Positions 36,871-50,030 of a stretch of DNA of 64,000 bases are shown piece by piece. Position 1 is the stretch's first letter. Each line of letters starts with the position of its first letter. Position numbers and translations under genes: made by a program. The DNA is taken from positions 7,165,635 through 7,229,634 of the forward strand of contig CM074524.1 in NCBI GenBank assembly GCA_037379345.1. The letters run 5' to 3'. The DNA is from Perna viridis. Lineage: Eukaryota. The notes beneath the pieces were generated by a model, which had not been told where the DNA came from, ran no database searches, and worked only from the letters and a program-made list of their open reading frames with translations.

Positions 36871-39236
36871 TTAACTATTTCGAAACTGTAAATATTACTT
36901 ATTTACTAAATTATAATCAACATATAATTTAACAGTCAACAACTAAATGGAAGCTTCACTTCAAAAGTATTGAATTTCGCAATGTATTAATTTGCGCTAT
37001 TTTCATGGATGACCAATGACGTCAAAATATATTACCCACAAACAATATTTACCTTTCAAAATTTGCAAACTTAAGCATCCACTTATTTTTTTTCATGATT
37101 GTTTTCACATTCTCTAATACTCTTATGCTTAATTTTAAGTGATTTGATTGTCTTGAAAACTTTATGAAGGATTATTTTAAGTCATTCTAAAATTTTAATA
37201 AGATAGGGACTAGACGTAAAAGTCTTAATCACATATTTTGATTTTGGACGAAATTTTGCCCGTAACATTCGCATATTTTCCCGACATTGCAAGATTTTTC
37301 CATTTACTTAGAGGGTCTTCAAAGCATCTGCAGTGAACATGCACTTTTACGCTATTTGGAGCTTGACAGGCGTTATACTACTTGCAAATTTTGATTGCAG
37401 CATCTAAAAAGGTACATTAAGTTAGACTCTATTTCTGCTTAATATTAAATAAATGTATGTAAATAAATCAGTTTTAGACATTAAATGACTGTTTTTAACA
37501 ATTCTGCTTGTTATCTTGGCCGAAATTTGCTTTATGGTGCGGATCGTACCCTTTGTCCACATCTTGACCATTATTACTTAATTATTTTTATTTGTACCTT
37601 TCCATTTTGAGGGTTGTCCCAAAAAAGTTTACCCCGACGATAATCGATAGCTTAGGTAAAGATGGGTCATCACATATATCTTTTCTATGGATCAGACCAA
37701 TTCAGATTCACCTTTAATGGTATTATTACACCTAGCTTATTTGGTGGTGAATAATGTTGAAACAAAATAATACTATTACCCACAAAACCCAATGAATATA
37801 AATGAATACAAATTAGAGCGACAGTAACACTGTTATTGGGTGATAAAACAGCATAATAGTACGATAATTACAGTGTACAACCGCATCGCCGTGGATTCCT
37901 TCAGCTGTAGTTGTTTTTGCATTGGGTTCTTAATTGAAAAATACCAATTTAGTTATGTGTAATTCTAACAGTAAATTTTAATTTGACGACATTAATTTTT
38001 GTTTTGTTTTGTGAATTAACTGTTTTTGGATCCAGCGTAGATAAAAACGACGTCGATTTAATTTTGTGTTCTCTCTACTCGAACTTTGTCATACAGAAAC
38101 ACGTAAGTAAAATTATTATATCACATACTAGTACTACATCTTTATATTTTATTTTATTTTTTTTATCTAATAAGGATACAGATACAGATATATTTTATAT
38201 TATTTTATAATTTTATTTTTCCAAATGTAGAGTTGGATCTTTTATTCTTTAAAATAGTTATTATACTTTTTATTTCATAAAATGGATTAACAATACATGT
38301 AGTAGTGTCTTTTCATTAAATATGATTACATGATTGTATCAATGTTTTTGTTTTGTTTTGTTTTTTTTAAGAATAATACCAAATATCTAAATAAAATATT
38401 TCTGCATAGACGTATTTTTTAGATTATCATTACTTTTTGGGAGGATTTTTTTATGCTCGTGTATATGTATTTATTTATTTTATCTTATTATTTTTATTAT
38501 TTTTTATTATTGTTTTTGTACTTTCAATGTTCTTTCTTGCTTTTAATAGTTTATATACCAGCGATATAACAACATAGCCGTGTATTACCAACAAAGTGTT
38601 ATTTGAGATTAAATAGCTCCGTCCCTCGTGGAGAAATTCTGCAAATCATATTAGGTTTAAAGGTTCATATATATTTGGAAGTGGAGAAATTGTACGATTA
38701 TCTCTTTATAGTAAATCATTCGTGCTACATGAATGAGCAACAATTTTAAGCAAAAATTTAAATTTCATATCTGTTAAAACGCTAACGCTATAACCTACTT
38801 ATTAAAAAAGTTCTTTGAGAAAAAAAATCATAACTCGCAGGAAACATCTTACTTAATGTTTTTGCTGCGTAGTGCGATGATTATGAAATTCAAAATGATG
38901 AGAACAGATTGATATAATCTAAACCTAATAGTTTTACTTTGCATATTTTTATACAGAAATATAAATATGAAAATTACAAAAACATATTGACGAGTCTAGT
39001 TGCAATACGTTTTAAGCAATTTGTAATGCTCTGTTTTTAGTGTACTTTTATGTATTGTTTTACCCTACAAATGTTGAATAAAAATGTAGGAATACATGTG
39101 TATGCAAATATAATAGTTGAGAAAGAAAGAAATATAAAAAGTAATGACAATAAATACAGAAAAAAGTGTCTAAACCGAACACCTGTCCAAATCAGAAACT
39201 TTCTACGCTCAAGTCATGTGTATTCAATTGTATTTA

Positions 39237-39450
39237 CACAGGCAAATATTTTTCACGTGAAATTCATGTTAATCAAACTTCACGTGAAATTCATGTGAAA
39301 TTCACTTGAAATTAACATGATTTTCACATGAAGTTCACGTAACACGAATTTCATGTGAACCTTTCATGTGAATTTCATGTGAATGCTGTATTCACCCGAA
39401 TTTCAAGTAAATCATGTGAAATTCATGTGAAAATCATGTGAATAATTGTG
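39237..39450. mobile_element. Second copy of the CACAGGC MITE, nested in a cctgtctaaaccg-type MITE (~39160-39545)
   Basis: ta|cacaggcaaatatttttcacgtgaaattcatg... is the reverse complement of 56714-56939; the flanks resume the host element (other host copies ~14945-15082, ~53000-53105, ~62335-62445). Confidence 0.75.
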
Positions 39451-41365
39451 CTTTTGTAAACCTTGGTAAACCGAACACCTGTCTAAACCGACCCAATTTC
39501 AAAGTCAATCTGATAAAGCTTCGGTTCGGACAGGACTCACTGTATCTGAATATATGAAAATACATTAGTTTTATAGAAAGTATTTAAGAAACTATAGAAA
39601 AGTGTATGACATGAATTTTGTTTTTTAAAGTTTTTCAGTAGCAGTCTTTATAAGAATCAGGCACATTCTGTAATATGTGATTAACCTAAAATAAGGCTGC
39701 ACATTTTTACTTTTGTTACTTTAAGTTATTTTGTGGGTCTATATGATAAATATTTTATCATTCATTCCAATTTGTCTGCTCTTAGGAGATATTCCAATAG
39801 TTTCTATTGTATTCTAGTCCTTAATTTTGAATTTTACAGTACACTATAATATTTTATCTCCTTTAAGCACGGGTTATATGAAAAGTCCCATGGTAATTTC
39901 TGTTAAATATAACATTTTTAACAAGACATCAAAAAGAAAAAAATATGTAGGTTTCAAACCAGTTATCACATTTTGCATGATTCTTGCCTTGAATGCTACT
40001 TAATTTTCTTCGTTAGTTGAGGTATTTTTTTTTCGGAATATTATTATAAGGCTTTATAATAGAAATATTTCATTTCAAAATACTTTTAAGCAGATAGTTT
40101 GACAAAACCGTCCAAGATCTGCACAACAAGGGTAGCTTAATACTGCTTTAGAAATAAAATAAGGGTAACAACAAAATAATAGAACACTAATCCGATCCAT
40201 AGTCAAATCAAGTTCAAAATAAATCTGGCAGAATAGATATATAGATATCACACCATCGGAGCAGCTGGTACCACAATGGTCTTGACTTGGTACAGGTATT
40301 TCAAACGAAATGGTGGATTAAATCTAGGTTTTACAACGTGCTAATAAGAGATAGTGTACTAGTACAATTGGAAACACGATCATTACTTTTTCATCAGTTA
40401 GGTTCAATAAAAAATCCTCAGAATAGTTTACTACTATTAAACAAAGCCGGCAAACATTTACTGAATCATTAAACCTAGGATAATTCACAGCTTTCAAAAT
40501 GCAAGAGCATGGCCTAAATTGGAAAACAAAAACAACAAAGAATATCCAATCTACATATAACACGTAGCAATCGTAATATAATACAATTACGTGTACTAAC
40601 TAAAACAAGACAACAAAAGGAGGTTAAGCATTCCTGCTCCGCAAATATCACCCGTCAGATTGAGAGTAAGAGAAATACGAGTCTCGCTACAGTGAAGTAG
40701 CTCTTTTTCAATATGTAGTAACGAAGAGGTCAGACCAAAAATAACTGAGCTATTCAAACCTTGGCGATATCATTTGCATTAATAAAGTTTTATGGCGAGA
40801 AAAATTTAGAAATTGTTGAAATTAATCTGAAGTCAACAAATACAAATTTTGAAGATCAAAAACCGCTTTTATACAAAGGACAATGCAAGAAACGCAGAAA
40901 GGTTGATCTTGAATTTGATAATAACAAATCAATATAAATAATAAATACCATCATGCGAAATGAAATGACTAAACATAAAGAACTTTAATTTTTTACGGGA
41001 AATGAATTGTGTCTTTATAAGCCCTTACATGATAGTAGTATGATTAAATACTTGCAAAGGAGAAAGTATGTTTGCATCGTCATAAGACCTAAGTCTTGTA
41101 TCTCATTTAACACAGTATATCAAAGGAGCTTCAACTTTGTAGTTATTATCAAGTTATAAGCCTTTACACGTCCTATAAGACATCAAATCAAAATATCATA
41201 TAGAAATAACGGAATCAAATTCAAAAATACATGTCTCAAAATTTAAAGTTTTAATTATATCTCTTGACTGAGGCAATTCTCACCAAACTCTTACTATTGA
41301 TATTGTCAGAAAAAATTGCCTTTTTTATACATTCATTATTTCAAATTTGCTGATCTTTAATACTC

Positions 41366-41452
41366 ACACATTTCTCTGACGTACATCACTTTAACACATT
41401 CCGCTGACGTATATCACTATAACACATTCAGCTGACGTGTATTATTGTAACA
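41366..41452. repeat. ~28-bp x 3 tandem repeat
   Basis: acacattccgctgacgtatatcactata variants. Confidence 0.8.
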
Positions 41453-41765
41453 CTTATATTATCGTCGAAGAGTTGTTAGTTCATTTCCGTCTGTCGCAAA
41501 ATTCAAGAACAATAGTTCCTTAGTCTTTATACTTTACTTGACTCCGACATTGTTTCGCCTTTAATCAAGAAGTTTACATCGTCGATATTTATAACACTTA
41601 TATTATGTCTGCAAATTGTAAAAATGGATCGGACTTATTGTTATTTATATCTATTATTTGTGTTTTCCAAGATATGTTTTTTACGTTGATTAAAATTGTA
41701 CCTTATAAACTGAACTGTTTCAATACAAATGTAAACAAATGGTTAGGATTCGTTTACTTCGTTTA

Positions 41766-41842
41766 AAAGAGTAATCAAGGGAACCAAGCTTATGGCGGTA
41801 ATCAAAAGAATATAATCCAAGGACAAAGACCAGACATGGAAA
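41766..41842 (-). mobile_element. PLE 3' end fragment
   Basis: aagagtaatcaagggaaccaagcttatggcggtaatcaaaagaat..gaccagacatggaaaa. Confidence 0.8.
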
Positions 41843-42436
41843 AATCTTCGTTTAAAATTATCAACCCAATGTGAGAGATAACATAACACCATTATGAATC
41901 CAAAACGTTTCCCAATAATGTATTCGTTTTTTATCCTATTGTTCATTGCAACCTTAAAAGGTGTTTCGTGACGTGTGGTTTTCCGACGCAGTCGGTATAG
42001 TTTCGCTTTTTATCCTTTGACGCTCTTCCATGGAAACGTACGTCATCTGATCTAAATTATGTTACTCGATTGGCCAAATACTGATAACTTAGTGCCGTTC
42101 GAAAAACTGTATCGGAAATTAAAATTGCGTGCCATGTGTTATTTCCTCAATGAAATTTAGAAAATTATAAGTAAAAAGAACAATTTTTTGCAAGATAGTA
42201 CTTGTTCTAAATTATTATTACCAAGAGTGACAAATCAAATTAATCATACCTACATGCATATTTAAGTTATTCTCATTTCTACAATGTACATCTGTTAAAT
42301 ACTCTCTATATGCATGTACAATTTTTTCAATCTTTTATTTGAAATTTGTTCATGTGTTAGTCCATTACATCAAGTTTTGGTAACTCGAGCCTTCATTTCT
42401 TAACTAGAAATACTTTTAAGGTAACAATATTGGAAC

Positions 42437-42900
42437 GTTTTGCCGAAACTACGCAGACTTTTTGTATCGCGCTAGAACTCTAACAAATAGGCTTCTGGAA
42501 CAGGGTTATGTTGTATGATTGAAGTCATCACTACAGAAATTTTATGGTCGTCATCATGAACTCGTGGATCGTTACGGTGTATCCATCTGCACAATGAAAA
42601 CTGATTCTTCAACGGGTCATAGTTTTCTTTTCCTGGTTTGTCTACCCCGGATTTGACTTTTTATGAGCAATTCGGCGGGTGTTTCTAGAAAAGCAGAAGG
42701 ACGCTTACCCTACCGGTGCACCTGGTCCATGCTCCCAGTTTTAGTGGAGACCGAGTTGCTCATTTGCTTTGGTTACTTTGTATGTATGATTTGAGTTACT
42801 TTATGTTCTTTGTTGTGTATGTCTGTTTTCCATGCCTGGTCTTTGTCCCTGGATTACATTCTTTTGATTACCCCTATAACCTTGGTTCCCTTGATCACTT
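42437..42900 (+). mobile_element. PLE RT tail + 3' UTR
   Basis: Near-identical to 14297-14745 (tgccgaaactacgcagactttttgtatcgc...ttggttcccttgatcac). Confidence 0.88.
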
Positions 42901-43333
42901 TTATATATGTTTATCATCTAAATCAACCAAACAAATATACCGCAAAATTAAAATAGATCGAACTTTCGCGTAAACATTTGATGAAAAATACGCTTACATG
43001 AAACAGCAATCAAGTAAACCAAGATTCGTGCTCTTTCTTCTGTGAGCTAGCAAACTTCTGAGTAAAAGTAGGGTCAATTAGACAAACGTTCGCGTCTAAG
43101 GACGCTAAATCTCAATTAATCAATCAATTAATCGACCAGATAAATGCTCAACACGTTACATTTGTTTAAGCTGTGATTATATATATTTTTAAGTGTTTTA
43201 ATGCTTTTTATTACTTATCATAAAGACTTATCAATCATACCACTATATGACCGATATGCACATTTTAGTTTTAGAACCGCTCATGCTCAGCCTTCCTTAA
43301 TAATTCAAGTAGTACTACATATCATCAATTTAA

Positions 43334-43545
43334 GGAAGTAGGCATAGGGTAAGGGACACAACTCTTAGAAATAATTGGAGCGTTTGTATTCATCATTTTA
43401 CATCAATCTCATGTAAGCATCAAAGTAACTTGGATTGATTTCTTTCTGTTTCAAATGGAAGCTTGATAGGCTTTGGTGAAATTGAAAATGATACAAACAT
43501 ATCACTGATTTCAAGAGTAATGTCCCTTACCCTAAGTCTACCTCC
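43334..43545. mobile_element. ~212-bp MITE, TTAA-flanked (opposite orientation)
   Basis: ttaa|ggaagtaggcatagggtaagggacacaactc...tgtcccttaccctaagtctacctcc|ttaa. Confidence 0.88.
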
Positions 43546-44012
43546 TTAAACATAAAATTTATTCAATGATGATACATTTAGAATGTTTTACTCCAGAAAC
43601 AGGTAGTCATCAAAACAGAAACTTGGTTCACTGAACGGCTTTAAATCATAAATTTCCGACACAAAGATTATTTGCATCTCAGCTATGCCATCAAATTCCT
43701 CTTATGAAACTGTTATTGCCTGATTTGATTAATTTCTATAAAGAAAGGAAATTAAACACTTGTTACGATAATTTTTAGACTGATGTAACAACGATGCCTT
43801 TATTCTTGTTGAATTGTTGTTGTGGTAGAAATGTGATTTTTACACGAGATAATTTTACAGTCTCTTTAAACAAGCTAGATAATGACTCGAGTCTTGTCGA
43901 GATGCCATAGGCAATATACGTAAGGAGAAAAGCATTCTTATGTCACGTCTTAATATCGTCTTCAGCCAAATTATGTGTGAAAACACCGCATAACCTATAA
44001 CGATCATTTAGA

Positions 44013-44222
44013 TACAGTGGAAGTATTATTGCTTATGGGGTATAAATTTTCGTGGTTTTCGTGGGTTAGCTAAACCACGAAATTTGGTTCTCACCGAAGG
44101 AAAATATCTTATTTGTTTGTATGATAGAGTTGTCAAATCAACGAATTCAAGAATCTACGAACTGTTCACTCCCATATGAACCACGAAAATCGGTTCCCAC
44201 GGATAAAAGAACTTTCACAGTC
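44013..44222. mobile_element. Non-autonomous DNA element with TTTCGTGG/CCACGAAA inverted subterminal repeats
   Basis: ttttcgtggttttcgtggg ... ccacgaaatt, ccacgaaaatc ... tttcacagt. Confidence 0.6.
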
Positions 44223-44345
44223 CTTGTAATGTAAAAAAAAATCTAAATTCAATATCAAAGGTAAATGTTTGCAACGATCGAGGATTCCTGTTGTACTTCC
44301 TCTGTTGATAAAAGGGACTTCGTCTTTTCTTTCTAAAAAAGCAGA

Positions 44346-44570
44346 GGTGTTTCTAGAAAAGCAGAGGACGCTTACCCTACCAGTGCACCTGGTCCATGCT
44401 CCCAGTTTTTAGTGGAGTCCAAGTTGCTCATTTACTTTTGTTACTTTTTATGTTTGATTTTAATTACTTTACGTTCTTTGTTGTGTATGTCTGTTTTCCA
44501 TGTCTGGTCTTTGTCCCTGGATTACATTCTTTTGATTACCGCTATAACCTTGGTTCCCTTGATTACTCTT
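44346..44570 (+). mobile_element. PLE 3' UTR copy (young)
   Basis: ggtgtttctagaaaagcagaggacgc..ttggttcccttgattactcttt. Confidence 0.88.
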
Positions 44571-46844
44571 TGAAACAACAAACAATGTACAAATTGCCAC
44601 GTTAAGGTGGAAGCACTTCAAAGGTGATCATGCTTTTCCAATGTCAATGGCTACCGCTTATCACATGGGAAAACACTTACTGACAGTTAGATCTTTTAGT
44701 AATTTTATATGTATTGATGAATTAAGCAATGCTGGACCAATAAAAAGACTTAATAAGTTTGTCTAACTTGTGTTTAATCCCTTTTGCATAATTACGCAAA
44801 TAAAATACGTTTAAACAAAACCAATAAAACCTTTATACAATCTGACCTTTTTGTCTTGATTAAGTCTAGAATATAGTGGAGTTACCATTTGTTTCCGTAA
44901 ATTACTAATCTTACACTTTTGATATAAATGTTTGGTTTATAAAATAATTTTACGTTAAGTTCGTAAGTCATTTCAACAAACGGTGATTCTTTTACAGGAA
45001 TAAAATTCGTTGTGTTTATTTTTTCTATGTAACTTTACGTATCGCTCGTAACGCTCGAGTGCTACATCCAAGAACACAATGATGAGTGTTAATATATAAT
45101 TTTAATTTGTTTAGATACTCCATAAATTTCCAGGTATTCCTGTGAATTCAACAATTTTTCTTTTACTTTTGATGATTTGAATGTAGTATTTAGTTTTTTG
45201 GGTTGTACGAAATGTATTAATCTGTTGTCATTTTGGTTTATCTTGAATTGTTTTGACCACAATTTTTTTCTCGTTTGTAAAGCATCATTTTCTATACACA
45301 TTTATTAAAAGATTTGTTTATTGACAAAAGAGCGTTTGTACTTCCCCGACTATCAAGAAATAGATAGACATATATAAATTATTCAAATTTGATTTGATTT
45401 GATTTGAAATGAACATTTTGCTTGTAACGTGTTGATTAAGAATATATCCATGTTTGGGCTGGGATCGATTAGAAATTGATTTAGATGGATCTTTATTTAA
45501 TTTTGACAAAAAAAAAAGAAACGCTTGCAAAACCAACTCTTGACCAACTTACGTTTGGACGTAACACGCTCCACTTCGTGATGCCTAGATAGTCGCGGCA
45601 TTGGCTTTATATCGCAGAAGTTGGTTAAAAAGTAGAATCGATCTTGAAATAAATCACAAGTATTCCATGGGGGTGGACAGAAAGATTATTTTGATACTCT
45701 ATCACTCTTCATCTTAATTCTTTATTACAATATGTAAATAAAAGCCAAGAAAACAAACCTAAGTCTTTTCTTTCCTTCGTGGTATTGAATCTGTTGGAAA
45801 ATCATCAATATTCGTACTTATAAATTACTAATACTATCCCACGACATTGTGTATGTAAAACAGGAAATAAATCCTCGTAGATAAATTTCAATTTACGTAA
45901 CAATTTGTTCGTCGTCTTTTTTGTTCCAATTTTAAAACTATTTGTCTTCCAGAAGCCCCATGGATTAGATGGCTTCTCATTTAGCTTAAGTTCTGCAGTA
46001 GAGAGGATTTCCATTAGTATTAGAAGGCTTTCAGGAAATCTTTAATTACAACAACCGATTTATTTGTTAATGTCATTGTCAATTGCAGGCTTCAGAAAAA
46101 AATGCGTTTCTTCTTACGATGTAATTTTATTTGGTGTACATCCATTTGACGAACATACCGAACTTGTGAGAAAAAATAGTAAATACCTATTTTTTTTTCC
46201 TGCAAAACATCAAAATATGGTAAGTGTGTAGATTTTTAAAATAATTATACCAAGTTCCGTTGGTTGAACATTGGCTGTAACGTATCCTAAAGAAAAACTA
46301 GGTAAATTTCTTGAATTCTCGATGGTCATATAACCAAGACAGGACAACATTGCACGTTTAAATCTCGAAACCATGCCAAATTCATGACTTATAATAGTAA
46401 TGTTGCTGACATGAAAGACAGTACCTCCTTCGTGTTACATTTGTTGTCTTAAGTTGTGACTTTATGGACACATTTCCTTTCAGATTATCATTGTAACTTC
46501 CTTATTACTTAACGTGGTATGAATTATAAAACTTACATTTAAGGCCTTTCAGAACTCATCTTTTGATATCACTCGGCATGAAATTTTAGTTTTAGTTTCA
46601 TTTAATTAGTAGTATGTGTAACTTTTGTATTTGTTTTTAAAGCTTGTTGTTATTCTTGATTGTTATGATAATGATTTTTCTTTGAATTTGTTTCCGGTCA
46701 GTTTCCTTCGAATGCAATATTTTTTCTCATTGCTTGTCGTAGTACAAATTTCAATTATAAAAGGAGAATCGATTTGATGATTAGAACTAGTGTAATTATT
46801 GTACTCAATACATAGATCCTCACATTTCATCGTCATCGTGTTAA

Positions 46845-46991
46845 AATAGTAATCTAGGGAACCAAGGTTATACCGGTAATCAAAAGAATGTAATCCAGGG
46901 ACAAAGACCAGACATGGAAAACAGACATACACAACAAAGAGCATACATACAAAGTAACAAAAGCAAATGAGCAACTCGGACTCCGCTAAAA
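46845..46991 (-). mobile_element. PLE 3' end fragment
   Basis: agtaatctagggaaccaaggttata..atgagcaactcggactcc. Confidence 0.85.
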
Positions 46992-47833
46992 CAAGTCTTC
47001 GTATGAATCAGCCAGTCTAATTAAACTATACATTTAAAAAACTACCGATCTACTTTAAACAATATGTTATAGTTTAACTTCTTCAGATGTAACCTTATTC
47101 CGGTGTTATCACAAATTTTAATTATTTTTTCTAACGAAGAGCAGGAACCTACTCGTGTGGATCATGTGTCATCTAGGTCAAATCAAGAGGTGTTTACTTA
47201 CATATAGAGATCAGCTAAACATTTATGAATTATTATTTTTTGCAATCGCTATTTACTATATCTTTTCAATCCTTTTACGCATTCAAAATTAGATTTATTA
47301 TTGATTTTCAATCTAAAATAAATTACACAAAACTTATTAATCGTCCGCTACTTAGGAAGCATTCTTCACTGAAATAAGATGTTTTCATAGTGCACGCATG
47401 ACCAAGAATATCGCCTTTGCACAAAATATGTCAATTAACTGGTTTTTTTTCAAATTTCAATTGAAGGCGTAATAGTTTGACCACTGGAATGGGTAAACCA
47501 AGTATACTTTCAATCAAGGTAGTCTTCTCTATTTCAAATTATCACTGATTAATTTCGGAATCCTTGGATATGTTTGGAAATTTTCATAAAAAATGAGGTT
47601 TTTGGCATAGATATTTACCCAGGATTTTGTTTTATTTACAGTGCATCTCAATGAAATTATAATTCATTTTACATAAATAATACGAAACATATTGTATCTA
47701 TTCTATGATTTCAATGTTACAAGCAATCTAGTTATCGTTTCAAAAAAGGAAGGTTTTTATCATGTTTCACTTACTGTCTGATCTAATAGAGACTTGCACA
47801 ATACCCTTGAATGTTCATCCTTGTTTGCAATTG

Positions 47834-48131
47834 TTCTAACAAATAGGCTTCTGGAACAGGGTTATGTTGCTACAAGATTGAAGTCATCACTACAGAAGTT
47901 CTATGGTCGTCATCATGAACTCGTGGATCGTTATGGTGTATCCATCTGCACCATGAAAACTGATTTATTCAACGGGTCATAGTTTTCTTTCCCTCGTTTG
48001 TCTACCACGGACTTGATTTTTTATGAGTAATTCGACGGGTGTTTGTAGAAAAGCAGAGGACGCTTACCCTACCGGTGCACCTGGTCCATGCTCCCAGTTT
48101 TTAGTGCAGTCCGAGTTGCTCATTTGCTTTT
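47834..48131 (+). mobile_element. PLE RT tail + partial 3' UTR
   Basis: LTNRLLEQGYVATRLKSSLQKFYGRHHELVDRYGVSICTMKTDLFNGS*, UTR breaks off just after the long hairpin. Confidence 0.88.
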
Positions 48132-48960
48132 GTCGTGAACTGTCAATAATTGGCTAGATTGGATCAGGGAATCAAGTAAAATGAGTAATAGAGCGAAACT
48201 GAGAACGAAATCTTTAGCAGATACATGAATATTGCTAGTCATCCCGTTATTTTCCAGTGGCAAGGCTTTCTATTTTCCAATTCCCAATATCCTATACCCA
48301 ATTACCCCATTTCATTTTTCCCATCGCCGTAAACGTCTATCCATGGATGATACATGAAACAATTTTGATTTATAATCAATTCATGTTTTAGGTGTAAACC
48401 TTTACTTTAAAAAAATAATTGTGTGTCTGTTTAATTCGAATTCCTCGTTTCTTTATCCATATTTCTCGTTTTATTATTACCTCATGCCTATGCCAACTTC
48501 TAAATTGCTCAAAACCTCCATTCAGGTATCATATTTGAAAATGTATGATTGAACACTGAAAACAAAATGTTTCGAGTAAATACTGACTTTGTCAACTAAA
48601 ATTATTTTACGTGCAACCATGCCTACAGTGACGTATTTGTCTTTATCTAGACACTTTGTTATAGTTCTAAAGGGCAATAAAAATGTCATAAAGAAAACAC
48701 ACGATATTGTTTCGCCAAAAGAGTTCCTTTAGGAAATATGAACCTATTAGTACGGTTACTATTGACATTTCAACACTTAATGTGGCAAAAAATGAGTTTT
48801 TAATAGAAATACTAAAAAGTTATATCACAAGTTTCTGTTGTTCGAATTTTAGATTATTGCCAATTCGTCACGATTATGGAATTTTGTCCATTTTTTAACA
48901 TTCAAGCAAACGTAATGGGGATGATCACATTACAAATTCGGCATCACAGAGAATAATTAA

Positions 48961-49250
48961 GTAGCTGTTTTTGTAAGAATCATGCAAAATATGGAAAATG
49001 TGATACACCCCAAAAAAGGCTACATATTTGTATTTTTGCAAGATGTGCCATTTACAGAATTATCTCCCTATATTTTGCAATCTACAGTGCATTCTATTTA
49101 ATTTTTATCCCCTAAGAGCACGGGTTATATAAAAAAAACACATGTTTATTTCTGTTTACTATGACATTTCAAACAAAATATCCTAAATAAAAATATGTAG
49201 GCTTTTTACCCATAAATCACATTTTACGTGATCCTTAGCTGGAGTGCTAC
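48961..49250. mobile_element. Second non-autonomous DNA element family (copies also ~18410-18762, ~39638-40003)
   Basis: ttaa|gtagc..taagaatcatgcaaaat ... attttacgtgatccttagctggagtgctac|ttaa; shared internal blocks (ggttatatgaaaagtc, aatatgtaggc) in three copies. Confidence 0.65.
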
Positions 49251-49729
49251 TTAAAATCTATTGCATTTCAACACACATTTGGTGATCGTTGCCTACATTG
49301 AGATTTACTGTTTACTGTTTATTATTAAGAAAACTCAGCCCCAGATTACTGCATAACAGGAGTAAATGCATATAAATATACATATAAATATTACACAATA
49401 TCAATCACATACATGTATGATGACAAAAACAATGAATCATTACATAAACATATAAATGATAAATCAACGTAACAACTTCTGGATTTTTTGAATGGAAATT
49501 GATAAATTTATCAATTCTTTTACATTTTTTCTCTATCAGGATACCTAATACGTTCACTCGGAATAAATTTTCTTCTGATATCTAAAACTATATTATTATT
49601 ACATTCAAATAAATAATGATATTCGTCCCCGAAACCTGGAAATGAAAACTGCCTTGACTGGATCACACCTTAGAAGTACCATCTTGTCAGTGGGTATACA
49701 GTATGTTAGTCTCGTCAGATGACTCAGAG

Positions 49730-50030
49730 GTTTCACGAGATTGGATCCTATTTTTCCATTCTAGTGCGTGAATATTTGTTATTCACAGAGCTTTGTACCT
49801 TAGTATTAAAACCAAAACATTCTTTGGTTTAAAAAATACCGACATAGACAAAAAATATGTATTTCTAAATGATAAAGAAAAAACACAAAATAGAAGATTT
49901 AACATTGTGAAGTAGCGTTTTGAGATAACTGAAGTAACCTATAAAATGCAGATCGGTCTACGGATTTCGCTACATTCTAGTCCTAATTGGAAGTTACGTT
50001 TAGGAAAATGAAACTAGAATGATACTTACA
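49730..50030 (+). repeat. Old interspersed repeat (homologous copies ~53945-54250 and ~16770-16940)
   Basis: Shared blocks tttcacgaga..ggatccta, aaataccgaca, aaatagaagattt, ataaaatgcagatcggtct, gaaaatgaaac. Confidence 0.65.

Noticed and set aside
47983-48131. SECIS element or hammerhead in the PLE 3' UTR
   Set aside because: The ATGA is fully Watson-Crick paired in the closing stem rather than forming a GA quartet, there is no CUGAnGA/GAAA core, and no in-frame TGA in the visible RT.
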